From positions 8,809 to 72,808 of the forward strand of contig CAWFVY010000005.1 of the NCBI GenBank assembly GCA_963819365.1: a stretch of 64,000 nt of DNA, read 5' to 3'. Under the pieces are notes generated by a model that saw only the letters and a program-made list of their open reading frames with translations, did not search any database and was not told the origin of the DNA. The translations under genes and the position numbers were made by a program. The stretch is from an uncultured Acidobacteriota bacterium. GTDB taxonomy: Bacteria > Acidobacteriota > Terriglobia > Terriglobales > Acidobacteriaceae. Below are positions 9,587 to 20,965 of this stretch, piece by piece (the first letter of the stretch is position 1; every line of letters starts with the position of its first letter).

Positions 9587-12168
9587 TTAGGAATGCTCCA
9601 TTGAATTAGGAACACTCGTGTTTTCGAAGACAAGCGAGCGCTTTCCCGCGTACTGGAAGAGAAATACTCTCTTCTCACACTCCGGGCCTTGAGGATTCGC
9701 CATCCGCTCGACCAGAAATGCCCGCTGCTCATCGTCGAACCAGACATAGCCGTTCACAGTCTTCGGAAGTCGCACACGTACCCGCTGACCACCGGTAACC
9801 TCCGCGAAGGCATCGATCACCTCTTGCGGAAACGACTGGAAGAGAACGGCGCCGGAACCCGAGCCACCTGTGACGACACCATTCATCGCCTGCGCCCATG
9901 CCCGACGGTTCTCCTGTTTACCTTGCGCCCAGTAGTGAACGAATAGATGCAGCGAGCTGAACTGATCCCGTGCGTCCTGTTCGTGTTCCCACAGGGCTGC
10001 CTGCGCCTTGTTTCGCGCAAGCACTGCAGACTTTCTTTTCTCCTTGTCCTCGCTCCCGCGCACAACTTCCCACTGCGCTTGAGCGTCCTTGAGTTGCTGT
10101 TTGACTTCGTCCTCGCGCTGGACAATCCGACTTGCGATATCCCCGTAGATCGAATTGATCAACTGGCATTCCTCGAACATCTCCCGAGTAACGGTTTCAC
10201 CCGAAAAGAGTCCTCGGAAGTCTTCGATGGACATCTTCTCTTCGAAACCGTTGCCGGTTTCGTCGGGAAGAAAGCCAACCTCCTTGCGCAGGACGTTATA
10301 GAGCCTCCCAACCTTATCCGTATCCGCGACTTCAAGATGGGACGGCAGGTCCGACACTCTGCGCTCACGCTTGTAGCGGAGCCAGGGCGCCGGCGCTACC
10401 TCCTTCCTGATTTCACTGACAACGGATTCATCGATCTCGACCCTGTGTTTCAGGGAATCGAGTGCGTTCTGCAGTTGCTCGACGAGCTTGTAGGCCAGGT
10501 CTGGCCGTCCCGCCGAAAGGCATGAGGTCTTCAGATCGGTGATCGAGCCGATCCGGTTTCCACGCGCCTTCATGGCAACCGGGCAGGCATTCCACCAGGG
10601 AGACTTGGCTTTCTGATGCTTTGTCTTTTCCTGGTGAAATCTCTCCCCATACGCGATCCTTCCCGCCACGAACTTCGGGAACTGATCGGAGGGCATTACG
10701 CAGATGGTGTCGAAGTCGAAGTCGCCGCCGTTTTTGCTCGCGGTCTTCGAATGAAGGATGTACGTCCCCTCCATGCGAAGCTGCCGATCAAGAAGATAAG
10801 CGACCTGCGATTCGTCAAGGTCGGCTGTTCCGAGCGCCTGTTTGAGCGCTGGAACAAGCTCGGTGTTGGTGAGATGACGAACGGGTAAAAGATCCTCCTG
10901 CATCCGTATTGGATACCGGATGCACAGGCCCTTCTCCGCCGCCAAGGATGTGATCGCGCTGTCTTCAGGTATCCAGTCGGACGCCGAGAGAATCTTTCCT
11001 CGGTGCTCAATCAGGACACCGTCGTCCGCCAGAGCGAACGATGGCAGCTTCAGATCCGCGCTCGTGCAGGCACGAAATGCCCAGCGGGCCAGCTTGCGGT
11101 TCAGTTGGTTGAAGACATAGGGAATCTTGATTGCATTTCCGCTACGGTCCGCCAACAGAACCGCCTCCGCCGGGTCACATCCCTCTGAAGCCGGATCGTC
11201 CTCTCGCTCCAGGGAGTCGGGGTCAAAGCCGACACCATCTTCGATCGTTGTAACCTCGGACTTGCCGATTACCTCGAAAAGAGCCTGGTAGTCACCCTCG
11301 TCCCATGCCTTTCTCATTGCCTTGATTCGTTCAAGCGCCCACAGCTTCAGTTCAAACTGCAGCGCCTCTTCCGAAGCGTGTTCGATCAAGGTGTAGCTTG
11401 ACCCAAACTCCGATTGACGGGAGATCTGTTTGATCCCGAGAATCGCCGGACCCGTGTACATGCGGCCCGATGTGCCCAGTTGAGGGAAGAAATCGCACAC
11501 CTCCCTTCAAGGGCCGGTTTGCAGGCGCTCTCGGGCAAAATGACATCGACCGCGAGCCTGTCGGCCACGCGATCGCTCATTGCCTTTAATGCGCCTTTCG
11601 CCTGCTTCGGTTCGCTTGCGTCAAATGCCAGCCGAAACTGGCAAAAACGATTCGTGCCGATCTTGAGCTTCCGGTAGAGGGATTCACGCGCCCAGCCACG
11701 GCAATCGTTGGTGCCAAGGACATGATCCTTGACCACAGCGATGCGCAGGTCGGGTTCCTCGACCATCAGCTTGCAGTCGGAGACGAGGATCGCAAAGTAC
11801 ACGATCGCCGCCTCGGGCCAATGCTGAAAGCGCTCAGCTATCGGGCCGGCATGCGCCTTGTCGACGAAGTAGAACTTGCCATCCTTCGCCGAACCGCTGG
11901 CGCCCACCAGCTTGTACTCGACCCCGCCGTAATGAAGGCTCGCCATGCGGTTTTCGACCACAGACTGCTCATACGGCGTCAACTCATACGGCACGCTGAC
12001 GCGCGCGACTCGGATGCCAGGATAAAGCTGACCGAGGAGCTTTCCCTCGAGCGTATCCTTCCGTCCGAGCTTGGTTGGCTTGCGGGTCACTTCACCGGAC
12101 GCATCAATCCTCAGTTCAAGAATGAGCTGCTGATCGAGTGCCGCGTTTTGTGTCCTGTTCGCTGTCAT
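9587..12168 (-). CDS. Single-chain two-barrel RNA polymerase-like protein (RdRP/YonO family), ~860 aa, frameshifted near 11490-11520
   Basis: Ordered motifs NDCRG, QFRL...AKGAL, ILPESACK, CIRYP, GGDFDFD, IGSITD and ALDSLK parallel the RdRP/QDE-1 motifs DGxG, QIR..GxKG, L.xSxxK, RxP, GxDxDGD, LGxI and AVDxxK. RBS GTGAGGAG. Confidence 0.8.
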
Positions 12169-12409
12169 GTTCTCCTCACTTGTCTGGCGCTTCGAGACGA
12201 AGTGATTAGAGACTTGGCTGAACGCCGGTCCTCAATCTCTTCGCCTGGCCGCCCGGGTTAGGGGTGGGGTGTTAGCCGAACCAGGCTTCGAGAGTGCAAA
12301 CCGGGTCAGCGGAATTCCTCATCGCGTGAAGCGATAAGGCGTCAAATGAGGCGACATGAGCCGTATTTCAGGTTTGTCTCCTCTTTGAATCCGAGCTGAC
12401 CTTGCGGCC

Positions 12410-12712
12410 CTATTTGCGCAGGGGCCGCTTTACCAATGTCGGAGATCCTCCCTGTATCTCCGCTTCCGCCTTGTAGGCGAGAACCGTATAGATCACGCCG
12501 TTCTTTGACTGAAAAGCTTTGATCAGAGCCTCACCTTCACTTGCCGCTTCCGCGCCAAGCTCGGGTTTCTCAAACGACGATCCGTCCTTGGCGAGAAAGT
12601 ACCGAACCCCCTCCTCAACTTGCCGGCGAGATTTGCGCGTGTTCCTGGGCTTTGATACCTGTGCCGGTTGCGGCTGCATCTCCGCAACCCGAGCGACCGT
12701 AGCTTCCATCAC
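12410..12712 (-). CDS. Hypothetical protein (100 aa)
   Basis: RBS AAGGAGG, overlaps the upstream stop; directly precedes the RNAP-like gene. Confidence 0.7.
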   Translation of the reverse strand: MMEATVARVAEMQPQPAQVSKPRNTRKSRRQVEEGVRYFLAKDGSSFEKPELGAEAASEGEALIKAFQSKNGVIYTVLAYKAEAEIQGGSPTLVKRPLRK

Positions 12713-13451
12713 TGACCTCCTTTGTTTTGAGCGGCGCCACTCTCCGGAATAGCATCGGGGGCATTCAGGATGCGATCGCGGCGCTCGCCGTCGATCGGGC
12801 GTTCGCTGTAGTCCGCAATCCAGAGCCCGTCCGGGTTCACATCCGAACGCTTGTCCGCAATGAGGCGCACCCGGTACTCGTTGACGAAATGGTCGGTTGT
12901 CTCTGTTCCGTTGGTCAGATGATGAACGTCTTTCACGCCATAGACCAGATAAGTGAGCGGCTCACCACTGACCGCTTCGATCTCGCGCAGATGGAACGCG
13001 GACTGGATTTGTCCATCATCGATCTTGCCGCGCGTATTGTCGTCCGCCATTGCCTTCAGCGTGTACGCCCGCAGGTTGCGGGTCATCATATTGAGGCTGC
13101 GGCCCAGTGGTCGTCTACGTCCGCCGGCGAGTAGTTAAGGTAGCTCGCCAGGAACCGCTTCACAAACGCTTCATCAAGGAATTGATCAGTCCCGCCGGTC
13201 GCGACGTCTGTGACAGCGCCTTTTGCTGGTTTGCCCAGCACCGAGGCGTCGCCGTTCGGGCCGATGCGAATCACTGTCGGCGGCTGCAAGCGTACGAAGA
13301 CTGCAAATCCGATCGCGAGCAGCGCAATCGGTATGGTCAAGAAAGCGAGCAGCCATGCGCGATTTGCGTTCGCCCTGAGTGCTCCATCCATCTCGTAGTA
13401 CTTCGGCCTTGAGAATGTCGCTTCATCCGTTGCAACAGCGCTGTTTTTCAT
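12709..13451 (-). CDS. VirB8/TrbF-like inner-membrane protein (one frameshift at ~13088)
   Basis: N-terminal TM (RAWLLAFLTIPIALL), FVKRFLASYLNYSP...MMT helix, C-terminal NPDGLWIADY (cf. VirB8 NPxGxxV). Confidence 0.7.
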
Positions 13452-13459
13452 GAGCCCTC

Positions 13460-14872
13460 CTATTCGTGCTCCGTCCCTCGACTAGCTGCTCCGGCGATGC
13501 TTCCCGCCGCGATACGTGCGGCATGGTAGGCAGTCCAGGTTCCCAGGTTGTAGCGATGCACACTCGGCCCTCTTTTCACTGCCGCTGTTGATCTGGTCAC
13601 GACCCTGGGTGTTGCTCCTGCAGCATTAGGTTGAGTCAATATGTTGCTCGAGCTTTCCGAGGGCGACCGTGAGTGTTCCAGAGCCCTCGTCACCCGCGTG
13701 TCTGCGTCCCCATCACTTCACTGATCGAGCTGCGGATCTGGTCCGCATGCCCTTCCAGAGTCGGGCTGCCGCTGCCAAGCGAGAATTCCGTTGCAGACGA
13801 GGACGAGGCCGCGGGAATCTGTTGCGGTGGCGCGGGTTGGTTGCCGCCGGCCGCGGACGTGAGTGCTCGCGCAGAACCTGCGGTCGTGCGCTAGAGGATG
13901 CTCCTGCTGAAGTTGCGCCTGCGGATCCTGCTCGCGCTGCTGCCACACCGGCAGCAGCGCCTTCAATCCCTGCCGCTCCTGCGGTCAGCGCAGTGACCGC
14001 CGTGCCCACCATCGCGACTGCTGTGCTGCCGACATCGCCGCTAACAATGCGCTTGGCAATGAATGGAATCACTGCGATTGCCAGAGAGTAGACAATGCTC
14101 ACGATGCCGATCAGGAAGGAGCCTTCGAGGTTTCCGAGCCCGCCGAGGAAATTGTTCTGGTTGAGCATCTGCCCAACCTGGCCCATCTGAACCGCGGTGA
14201 GCAGCGCTCCAAAACCGCCATAAAGGATCGGCCAGGCATTCCAGACAAAGATGTTTTCGATATATGACTTGGCTAGGCGGTTCGCGCCGCCGAGAGGCAT
14301 CAGAGCAATAACAATCGGCCCGAAAATATACAGAATGCTGCCGTAGAAGATATAGAAGAAACCAAAAATGACGACGACAATTGGATAGAGGAGATAGGCA
14401 ACAAGGATTAGGAGGCCATCGATCAGGCCCGCGATAGATCCCGGTGATGAGGCCCCACATCTTTTGAAATCCGACCTGACTGAACTGTGTCTGCAGATCA
14501 TTCCCCCAGTTTCGAAAGACGTTCCCGCCCGGAAGCATTGCTCACCCAATTCCCGGCATTCACAAAGCCCTGATTGATCGTCGTGAATACGGTTCCGTAG
14601 TTCATCACCACAACCGCGGTGACCACATACTTGATCAGACTTGTGCCCAATCCACGGACGTCCCCTCCGTGCAGGGCCGATTGATAGACCTGCCACAGGA
14701 AGCCGACGAGCAGGACCACATAGGCGACGTTCTGCATTCCGGAGGTAATGCCGGTGGAGTCGATCCCCGCCCTTGCCTGAGTCAGAAAACGCTCGAACAG
14801 ATTCAGCTGTGTTGACTGGAAGAACGCGAGCATCGCCTCGGGATGTAAGTTAGCGCACAACATAGCTGTCAC
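13460..14872 (-). CDS. VirB6/TrbL-like polytopic membrane protein (frameshifts)
   Basis: Multiple TMs, YIFGPIVIALMP...YIEN...W..WP.LY pattern and an Ala/Gly/Ser-rich tail typical of TrbL. Confidence 0.72.
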
Positions 14873-15770
14873 CTGTTGGTCAGCGCTCCGTTAATGAGGC
14901 CGTTGTTGTTCGTGTTGTCTGCGGTTGCGAGCTTTGAAGCCTTGCTCTGATTGGCCAAGTCGATGCCGCGTGTCCTCATGAGTTCGGCCAGTGCAGCCTG
15001 CGTGTAGGCATTGGCGCGCACGACCCACACGTCGGCCTCGGCCTCGAGGATCTCCGCGCTTCCGGGAGCTGCCTGCGAAATCTGCTGTCCCATCTGATTC
15101 GCTTCGTTCAGTTCCGCATCGGCGAGGGCATCGATTTCGATGGCCCGCTTCATCGCGTCCTGTGCCTGCGCGTCGGTCATATCGGTCATCGTTCTCATTT
15201 GCGGGGACGCAGCATTCTGCGGCATCACAACCCCATACACGTTCTGAAACTGGCCCGATAGGGTTGGCACATTGGCCGCGTTGCGCGAGAGCAGGAGAGC
15301 TTCGAGATTCTGCGACTGCGGCAGGGTGGCGCTCGATACGTTGACACGGAACATGCCGCTGACCTGGTTGAACTGGTTCTCGAACTGCATCACCGACGTT
15401 TTTGCCTGATTGATCGCGGTGAGCGGGTACATGACCTCTTGCTCATACTTCGCCGTGCTTTGTTCGTACTGGTTGATCGTCCTGAGCGGTGCGGCGATAT
15501 AGGTATTCATCAGCGACTGCATCTTGGATAGCGCCGCCAGGATCGCGGCCGTGTCGATGCCAAACTGTCCGTTCGCGTGGGTTGGCAGGATTGCGAGGAC
15601 TCCAAGCACGACGACCGACACCTTCAGCAGAGTTGGCCGGTACCAGGGTTGAACCGCGCTCGACGCATCCTCTAAGGGCGCGGCTTCGGCGGTTCCGGCG
15701 GGAGTTGGGGCCTGCGGCGCCAGAAGAATGACCTGCGACGCTTGTTCGGGTTTTTCTTGGGATCGGTCAT
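14869..15770 (-). CDS. VirB5/TrbJ-like secreted protein, copy 2 (frameshift in N-terminus)
   Basis: Signal peptide ending AxGQF; Gln/Met/Ala-rich helical body; position between virB4 and virB6. Confidence 0.5.
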
Positions 15771-15780
15771 CGAAAGCTCC

Positions 15781-16633
15781 TTATCGCGCCGTCAGGGCTC
15801 CGGTGATCAAACTGTTGATTCCACCGGTCGCGGCGGTTCTGCGTTTCACAAGAACGTTGTCGTGCGCAATGCGGCCTGCCTCCTGACGCAACTCCGCCGC
15901 AAGCATCTTCTGCATGTACGCCTGGCAGCGGAGATTGGCGACCTGCGCTTGGGCGGTCAGGAACGGATTCGAACCGGGTGTGCTCACCGCAACCTGGTTT
16001 TCCATTTGATTGGCGGTCTGAAGAATGACATCCGCGCCCTGATCGGCGATCAAGGTTGTTTTGAGATTCTCCTGCCCTAGCGCGTCGTCCACGTCCATCA
16101 TCACGCGGTCTTGTGGCGAAGCGGTGTTTAGCTGCGGGATAGCGCCGTAATTCGAAGTGAAGCTCGTCTGCAGATGCGGGAATTTCTGTCGACAGGCGGC
16201 TATGCAGGATGCTTTCGAACTGTTGCGGCCCCGGAGTCACGGCGCTTGTGAACGGCGTGTTGAACACCTGATTCATCTGCCCGCGATAAGTGTTGATCGA
16301 ATTTGCAACGAAGCCTCGGGCCTGGTTGATTGCCGCCAGCGGCGCAACCGTTGTCTGATAGAGCTTCTGCATCTGCTGGGCAATCTGGTTGATGGCTTGA
16401 GAGAGCTGCCGATGTCGTTCTGAATCGAGCTGAAGATCGCGTCGAACACGCTAAGGAATTGCCCTTGAGCGAGCTTGGGCAGGGCAAAGCACGTCTCGAT
16501 CACCAGAACAACAATGAGCACTCTCCTCTTCCAGCGAATCTTGCGTACCCCGCTTTCGGCCGCACCTCGATCGTCCTTATACGGCTCTCCATTCAGAAGT
16601 AGCTTCATCTCGGGTTGGGTATTGTTCAGTCAT
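15781..16633 (-). CDS. VirB5/TrbJ-like secreted protein, copy 1 (frameshifts)
   Basis: Paralogous to 14869-15770 (PLAAINQAR vs PLTAINQAK; MMMDVDDA vs MTDMTDA; ITGALTAR vs INGALTNR). Confidence 0.5.
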
Positions 16634-19279
16634 TGGCTCATCGCCTCCTGCATCTCTCCGGAGAGCTCGACCGGCAAAGGCGCCAGATCCGCCAGCCCCC
16701 TCGGATATTGGGCGGCAAGTTCTTCGTAGGCCTGGATCAACGGCAGTGACTGATGCTGGCGCAGCCACCATTTGCGAAATGCTCGTTCCCGTGCGTATGT
16801 CGTAGTGATCCAGTAGTCCACGGGGCTGGGAACAATCCGGATTGCGTGCGTCGACTCCGCCTTCTCCCCAATCGCAATCAGGAACTCGGCGCTATGACCC
16901 TTCTTCGGGTGAGCGAAGGTCTTGATCTGATTCAGCGCCGTCTCGTTCAAGTGAACATGCTCCCGCAGAGCAGTCATATCGCCAGGCTGTTTGCCGATGA
17001 TCTTTGTGGTCGCATTCTTCACGATTCCGGCGCCATGCTCATTGGGTTTGTCGGGTGTGCCGACAAAATCTTCGGGAGTCTGGCTGATCCCCCAGACGCT
17101 TGCGTTGCGTTTGCGGGCTGTGCGGAAGAGTTGCACGACGACGCCTGCGAGGATCGGCGACTCCAGCAGCGCCCAGCATTCGTCGAGCAGGACGATGCTT
17201 GGCTGACCGGTCATCCCCGATGCGCGGTACGTGGCCGTGTGAGCGATCAAGAGACTCATGGCCCGTTCGAGGCGCGGATCGTCTTTCAATTTCTCGACAT
17301 TGAAGTAGAGCCAAGGATTGTTCAGTTGGACCGTGGTCGGCCGGTCAAAGAGCCGCGCGTAAGGTCCCTCGTCAACCCAAGCCCGCAGCTTCGTCGAGGC
17401 CATCTGCGCCATCGCGTTGATCTTCTGATTGCGATCCCGATCCTGCCAGTGGGCCAGTTCCGCGGCCAGATCTCCGAAGAGCGGAATCGGGTTCGAGGTC
17501 TTCGCGCTGCACCTCTTGTACGTTGAGGCGATGGCTTCGAGCAGAACGCTGTCGAGCAGGTCGATGTCGAGGTCGGGCGGCGTATTCTCGCCCAGCATGT
17601 GCCGCGTGAGGTTCTTAAGAAACGAGATCTGGTCGTTGGAAGGCTGGTCTTCTCCTCTGGGCAAGTCCCAGGGATTGATCGTCTGGTCGCTGTCGAGCGA
17701 CATCTCGATCATCTCTCCGCCCATCAGTTCCACTAATGGCTGATAGGAATCACCGCGCTCGAGGATGGAGATGAGCGGGTTCGCGCGCGCTGCCATCAGC
17801 AGCATCTGCTGAGCGGCAAGAGTTTTGCCGCCTCCGCTTTTCGCCATCAGCAGGCCGTTCGCATCGGAAAGATCCGGATCGAACATCGAGAACGGAATGA
17901 GCTGGCGATAGGGCGTCTCAAAGAGAATGAGCGGGCTCCTCCGTGTCCCGGTCCACGGCATCTCTATAGGGACAAGATCGGCGGCATTGGAGGTAAGCAT
18001 GTCCTGGTCGCGTTTGTCGGCCTCAGCCATGCCCGGTAACGTCCCCAGAAAGATCCGCCGCTTGGCGATCGTCTCAGCCACAGCCTTCGCGCCATTCATG
18101 TGAGTGAAGGCGTTCAGAACCTCTTGAGTCCGATTGGCGAGTTCGCGCTCGGATCGTTCGAGATCGTGCAAGGTGATTGCCGGTTGCGAGGTGCGCACCA
18201 CGACGGAAAGACTGAGCTTGGCCGTCTTGAGAGAGGAGGAGATGATGTCTCGCTGCACCTGGATGAGCTGCGCCTGAGCTACCTCGGCCTCGGGATTCGA
18301 TTTGAAGTTTCCGTTGGCGTCCTTCTGCGCGGCTGTCATTTTCTGGAGGCGCTTTTTGTAGCTCTTGAGGACCTTCACCTGGTCTGGGATCACGACCTGC
18401 CCACTGACGACAACCGGGAAGCCAAGTGTCGAGAAGTTCTGCAGCATCCCCGGAAAAGTCGCATCGGGAAGTTCCTTCAGGCTGACAACGGCGTAGAGAT
18501 ACCCATCGATGTTCAGGTAGGTCTCGGTTTCGTTGAGGATGCTCGCCTCGACCGCCTGGGACCTCGCGCTGCGATACTCAATCATCTCCTCCGGTGGCAC
18601 ATACGGCCGCCGGTCGCGCCGGATTGGGTGCTGCGCATGCTTCAACTCCTCGAAGAGTTCTTGTGTCGAGAGTCTCCGGGGCCCGAGGTTGGCCGCCTCC
18701 ATCGACCCCTCGATGCCCCGGAGGATGGATTCGAACTCGGCCAGATAGGTCTCGTGCTCCTTCCGCGCACGCTGGATGGCCTTCTTCTGGCTCAGAGTGA
18801 ATCCACCAAGACTGCGATTCTGTTGAGTGGAGTGGTAAAGCTTCGCGTGAATGCGCGGGTCCCAGATCAAGTACACATGCAGCCGATTCTCGAAGAAGAA
18901 GCCGCTGTTTTCCTTCTGTCGCCACATCCGAAGCCGGTGCGCATCGAGGGCCATTACTTCCGACTGATCAGTCCGCTGTTCGTGGATGTAGCTGTTCGAG
19001 GAGATCTCCGAGATGCTCAGAAATCTCGTAGCGGAACTGAACGCGCATGCTGACATCGGGAACACTGCGAAAGAGCGCCTCAAGCATCGACTTGTTCTGG
19101 TTGCGATCTCCATCCGTCGCAAAGTACGCGAGGATCCCCCGCAACTCGTAACCGGCGACAAACGCCCCATTGGTGCGCACCATGATGTTGTCCCCAAGGG
19201 GGAGATCGCGCAGAGGCAGCAACTCGCATACCGCCGGTACTTTGAGCCTTCTATCGTGTTCTGCTTGGGTCACCGGCAT
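16630..19279 (-). CDS. virB4: VirB4/TrbE-like conjugation ATPase (frameshift near 19000)
   Basis: Walker A AKSGGGKT, Walker B LLDECW, RTARKRNASVWGISQ; RBS AGGGAG before ATG 19279. Confidence 0.92.
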
Positions 19280-19470
19280 AGCTAATGTCTCCCTCTAGAG
19301 TTCCATCCACCTCGATCTGCAATTGCTGCTCCACGATCCGTGCGAGTGGAGCGATCTCCTCATGAAAGCGTGCTGCGAAGATGACGCACGCGAACGTGAC
19401 GCGTGCCGCTTCCGCGTCGAGAACAGCGACGACCGTCCCGCTCCTCTGGTTGTGATCGATGCCTGCATCC

Positions 19471-19815
19471 TCATTCCTCCTCTTCGACCACGTAAGGTTG
19501 AGTCAGTTCCGAATCTCGCTCAAGCGCGCACCAGGCCTTCGGAGCAAAGAACGAGCGGACCAGGTCGGTGAGATATCCGCGCGGCCTCCCATACTTGAAC
19601 AAAATCAGGAACGGCACAGCCAACGCCGGCACGATGAACTCCATGAAGACGTTCAGCGGAATTCCGAACACATGCGCATTGCCATTCACGAAGTGCGCAA
19701 GGAGGTTCATCAGCGCCGCCAATGCGAGCACCAGAATCAGGTCCTCAAACTCCAGGCCAAGGAACGTCACCTTGGTGTGAAGGTTGCGGTGAACCGGCGT
19801 CATATCGAGACTCAT
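19471..19815 (-). CDS. VirB3-like membrane protein
   Basis: TPVHRNL...TFLGLEFED, two TMs, GRPRGYL; immediately upstream of virB4. Confidence 0.65.
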   Translation of the reverse strand: MSLDMTPVHRNLHTKVTFLGLEFEDLILVLALAALMNLLAHFVNGNAHVFGIPLNVFMEFIVPALAVPFLILFKYGRPRGYLTDLVRSFFAPKAWCALERDSELTQPYVVEEEE

Positions 19816-19819
19816 GACA

Positions 19820-20953
19820 TTACCCTCCGATTCCGTGCGCTTGCGTCACCATCGACTCGGCCAGGCGCACCATTCCCGAAACCATGAGCGCGCCGATCGC
19901 TGCGACGAACTTTCTGATCCAGGTCGAACCCGGATAAATCTCCGAGACCACTCCGGCCATGTGCATTGCCATCGCTGCCAATTGCGTGAGCGCGAACATG
20001 GGCAGGATCACGTTCGCCGTCCAGTTCACCAGGCTCATCGTGGCCATCCAGAATGCATCGGCATTCGTCGCTCCTGCGTGTTGCACGAACCCTTCTAGCG
20101 CCCGCAGCATCCCCGAACACAGTAGCGAAGCGAAGCCTCCGTACAATGGCTGCTCGAATGGACCACCTTTGCTGTAGCGATACACAGCTCCTGCAAAGAA
20201 CAGTCCCGCCATCGTGGGCATCATCGTGTTGCCGGCCCAGGATGCGAGGTTCGTGATGGCCCCATCAAGACTCATAACCTTGCTCCTCACGCCGCCATCG
20301 CTCGAAACAGCGACAGAAGGCCACTCACGCTCAAGGAAAGAGATCGCGGCGAAGACAAGCCTGGTCCAGGGTCTGTGCCGGACGAAGTTGATCACTGCTC
20401 CGACACAGGCTAGTCCCGCCGCAGCCGGCAGAATCTGTCCGGCGATGTAGTTCCACAGGGAAGCGAGCATATCGGTCATCGCGTACTGGCTCCCTGAGTT
20501 CCATCCTTGAAAGAGCTGCATTGTTGCCGAGAGCGACATCAGGAAAAGTGCGGCAACGATCGAGCCGAGCGGATTCTCGCCTGCGGCCCCGTCGAGCGTT
20601 GCTTTCAGGACGAAGTACGCCGCAAGGACTGGCACCAGCTTGGCGACGACGATTTGGTTAACGAAATTCTTGAATACCGTTTCCATGCTGGCCAACCAAC
20701 TCGTACTCACCGATCCGCTCGCGGACGGTATGTTGATGCCCTGCGCGGCAACCCACGACAACAGTTGCGGAAGGGTCAGAAGAACGATGGTCCACAGAAT
20801 CCACTTTCCGGCCCGGCCGTTTACGTGGAAGTTGATCCCGCCTTCATGTCGTAGGCTCACTCCCGCGGCAGCCAGCGTGCAGAACGCCGCCGGCACCGCG
20901 AGATCGAGCAGCAACTGGAGGAGATCGAGGAGGAACTGTGGCGTCTGCATCAC
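19820..20953 (-). CDS. Concatenated VirB2/pilin-like modules (probably two genes; second start ATG 20275)
   Basis: Repeated units W..N.I.P..A...GAV...R...W...L..SG..R; internal RBS GTGAGGAG before MSLDG. Confidence 0.55.
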   Translation of the reverse strand: MMQTPQFLLDLLQLLLDLAVPAAFCTLAAAGVSLRHEGGINFHVNGRAGKWILWTIVLLTLPQLLSWVAAQGINIPSASGSVSTSWLASMETVFKNFVNQIVVAKLVPVLAAYFVLKATLDGAAGENPLGSIVAALFLMSLSATMQLFQGWNSGSQYAMTDMLASLWNYIAGQILPAAAGLACVGAVINFVRHRPWTRLVFAAISFLEREWPSVAVSSDGGVRSKVMSLDGAITNLASWAGNTMMPTMAGLFFAGAVYRYSKGGPFEQPLYGGFASLLCSGMLRALEGFVQHAGATNADAFWMATMSLVNWTANVILPMFALTQLAAMAMHMAGVVSEIYPGSTWIRKFVAAIGALMVSGMVRLAESMVTQAHGIGG

Positions 20954-20965
20954 TCTCCGCCTTTA

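Noticed and set aside
11386-11546. Programmed frameshift regulating the RNAP-like gene
   Set aside because: Similar breaks occur in many unrelated genes (virD4, virB4, moxR, TonB receptor, MFS) and no slippery heptamer plus structure is evident; assembly indels are more parsimonious.
9587-12168. Prophage origin for the RNAP-like gene
   Set aside because: No terminase, capsid, tail or lysis genes are in the window; the flanks are conjugation genes on the same strand.
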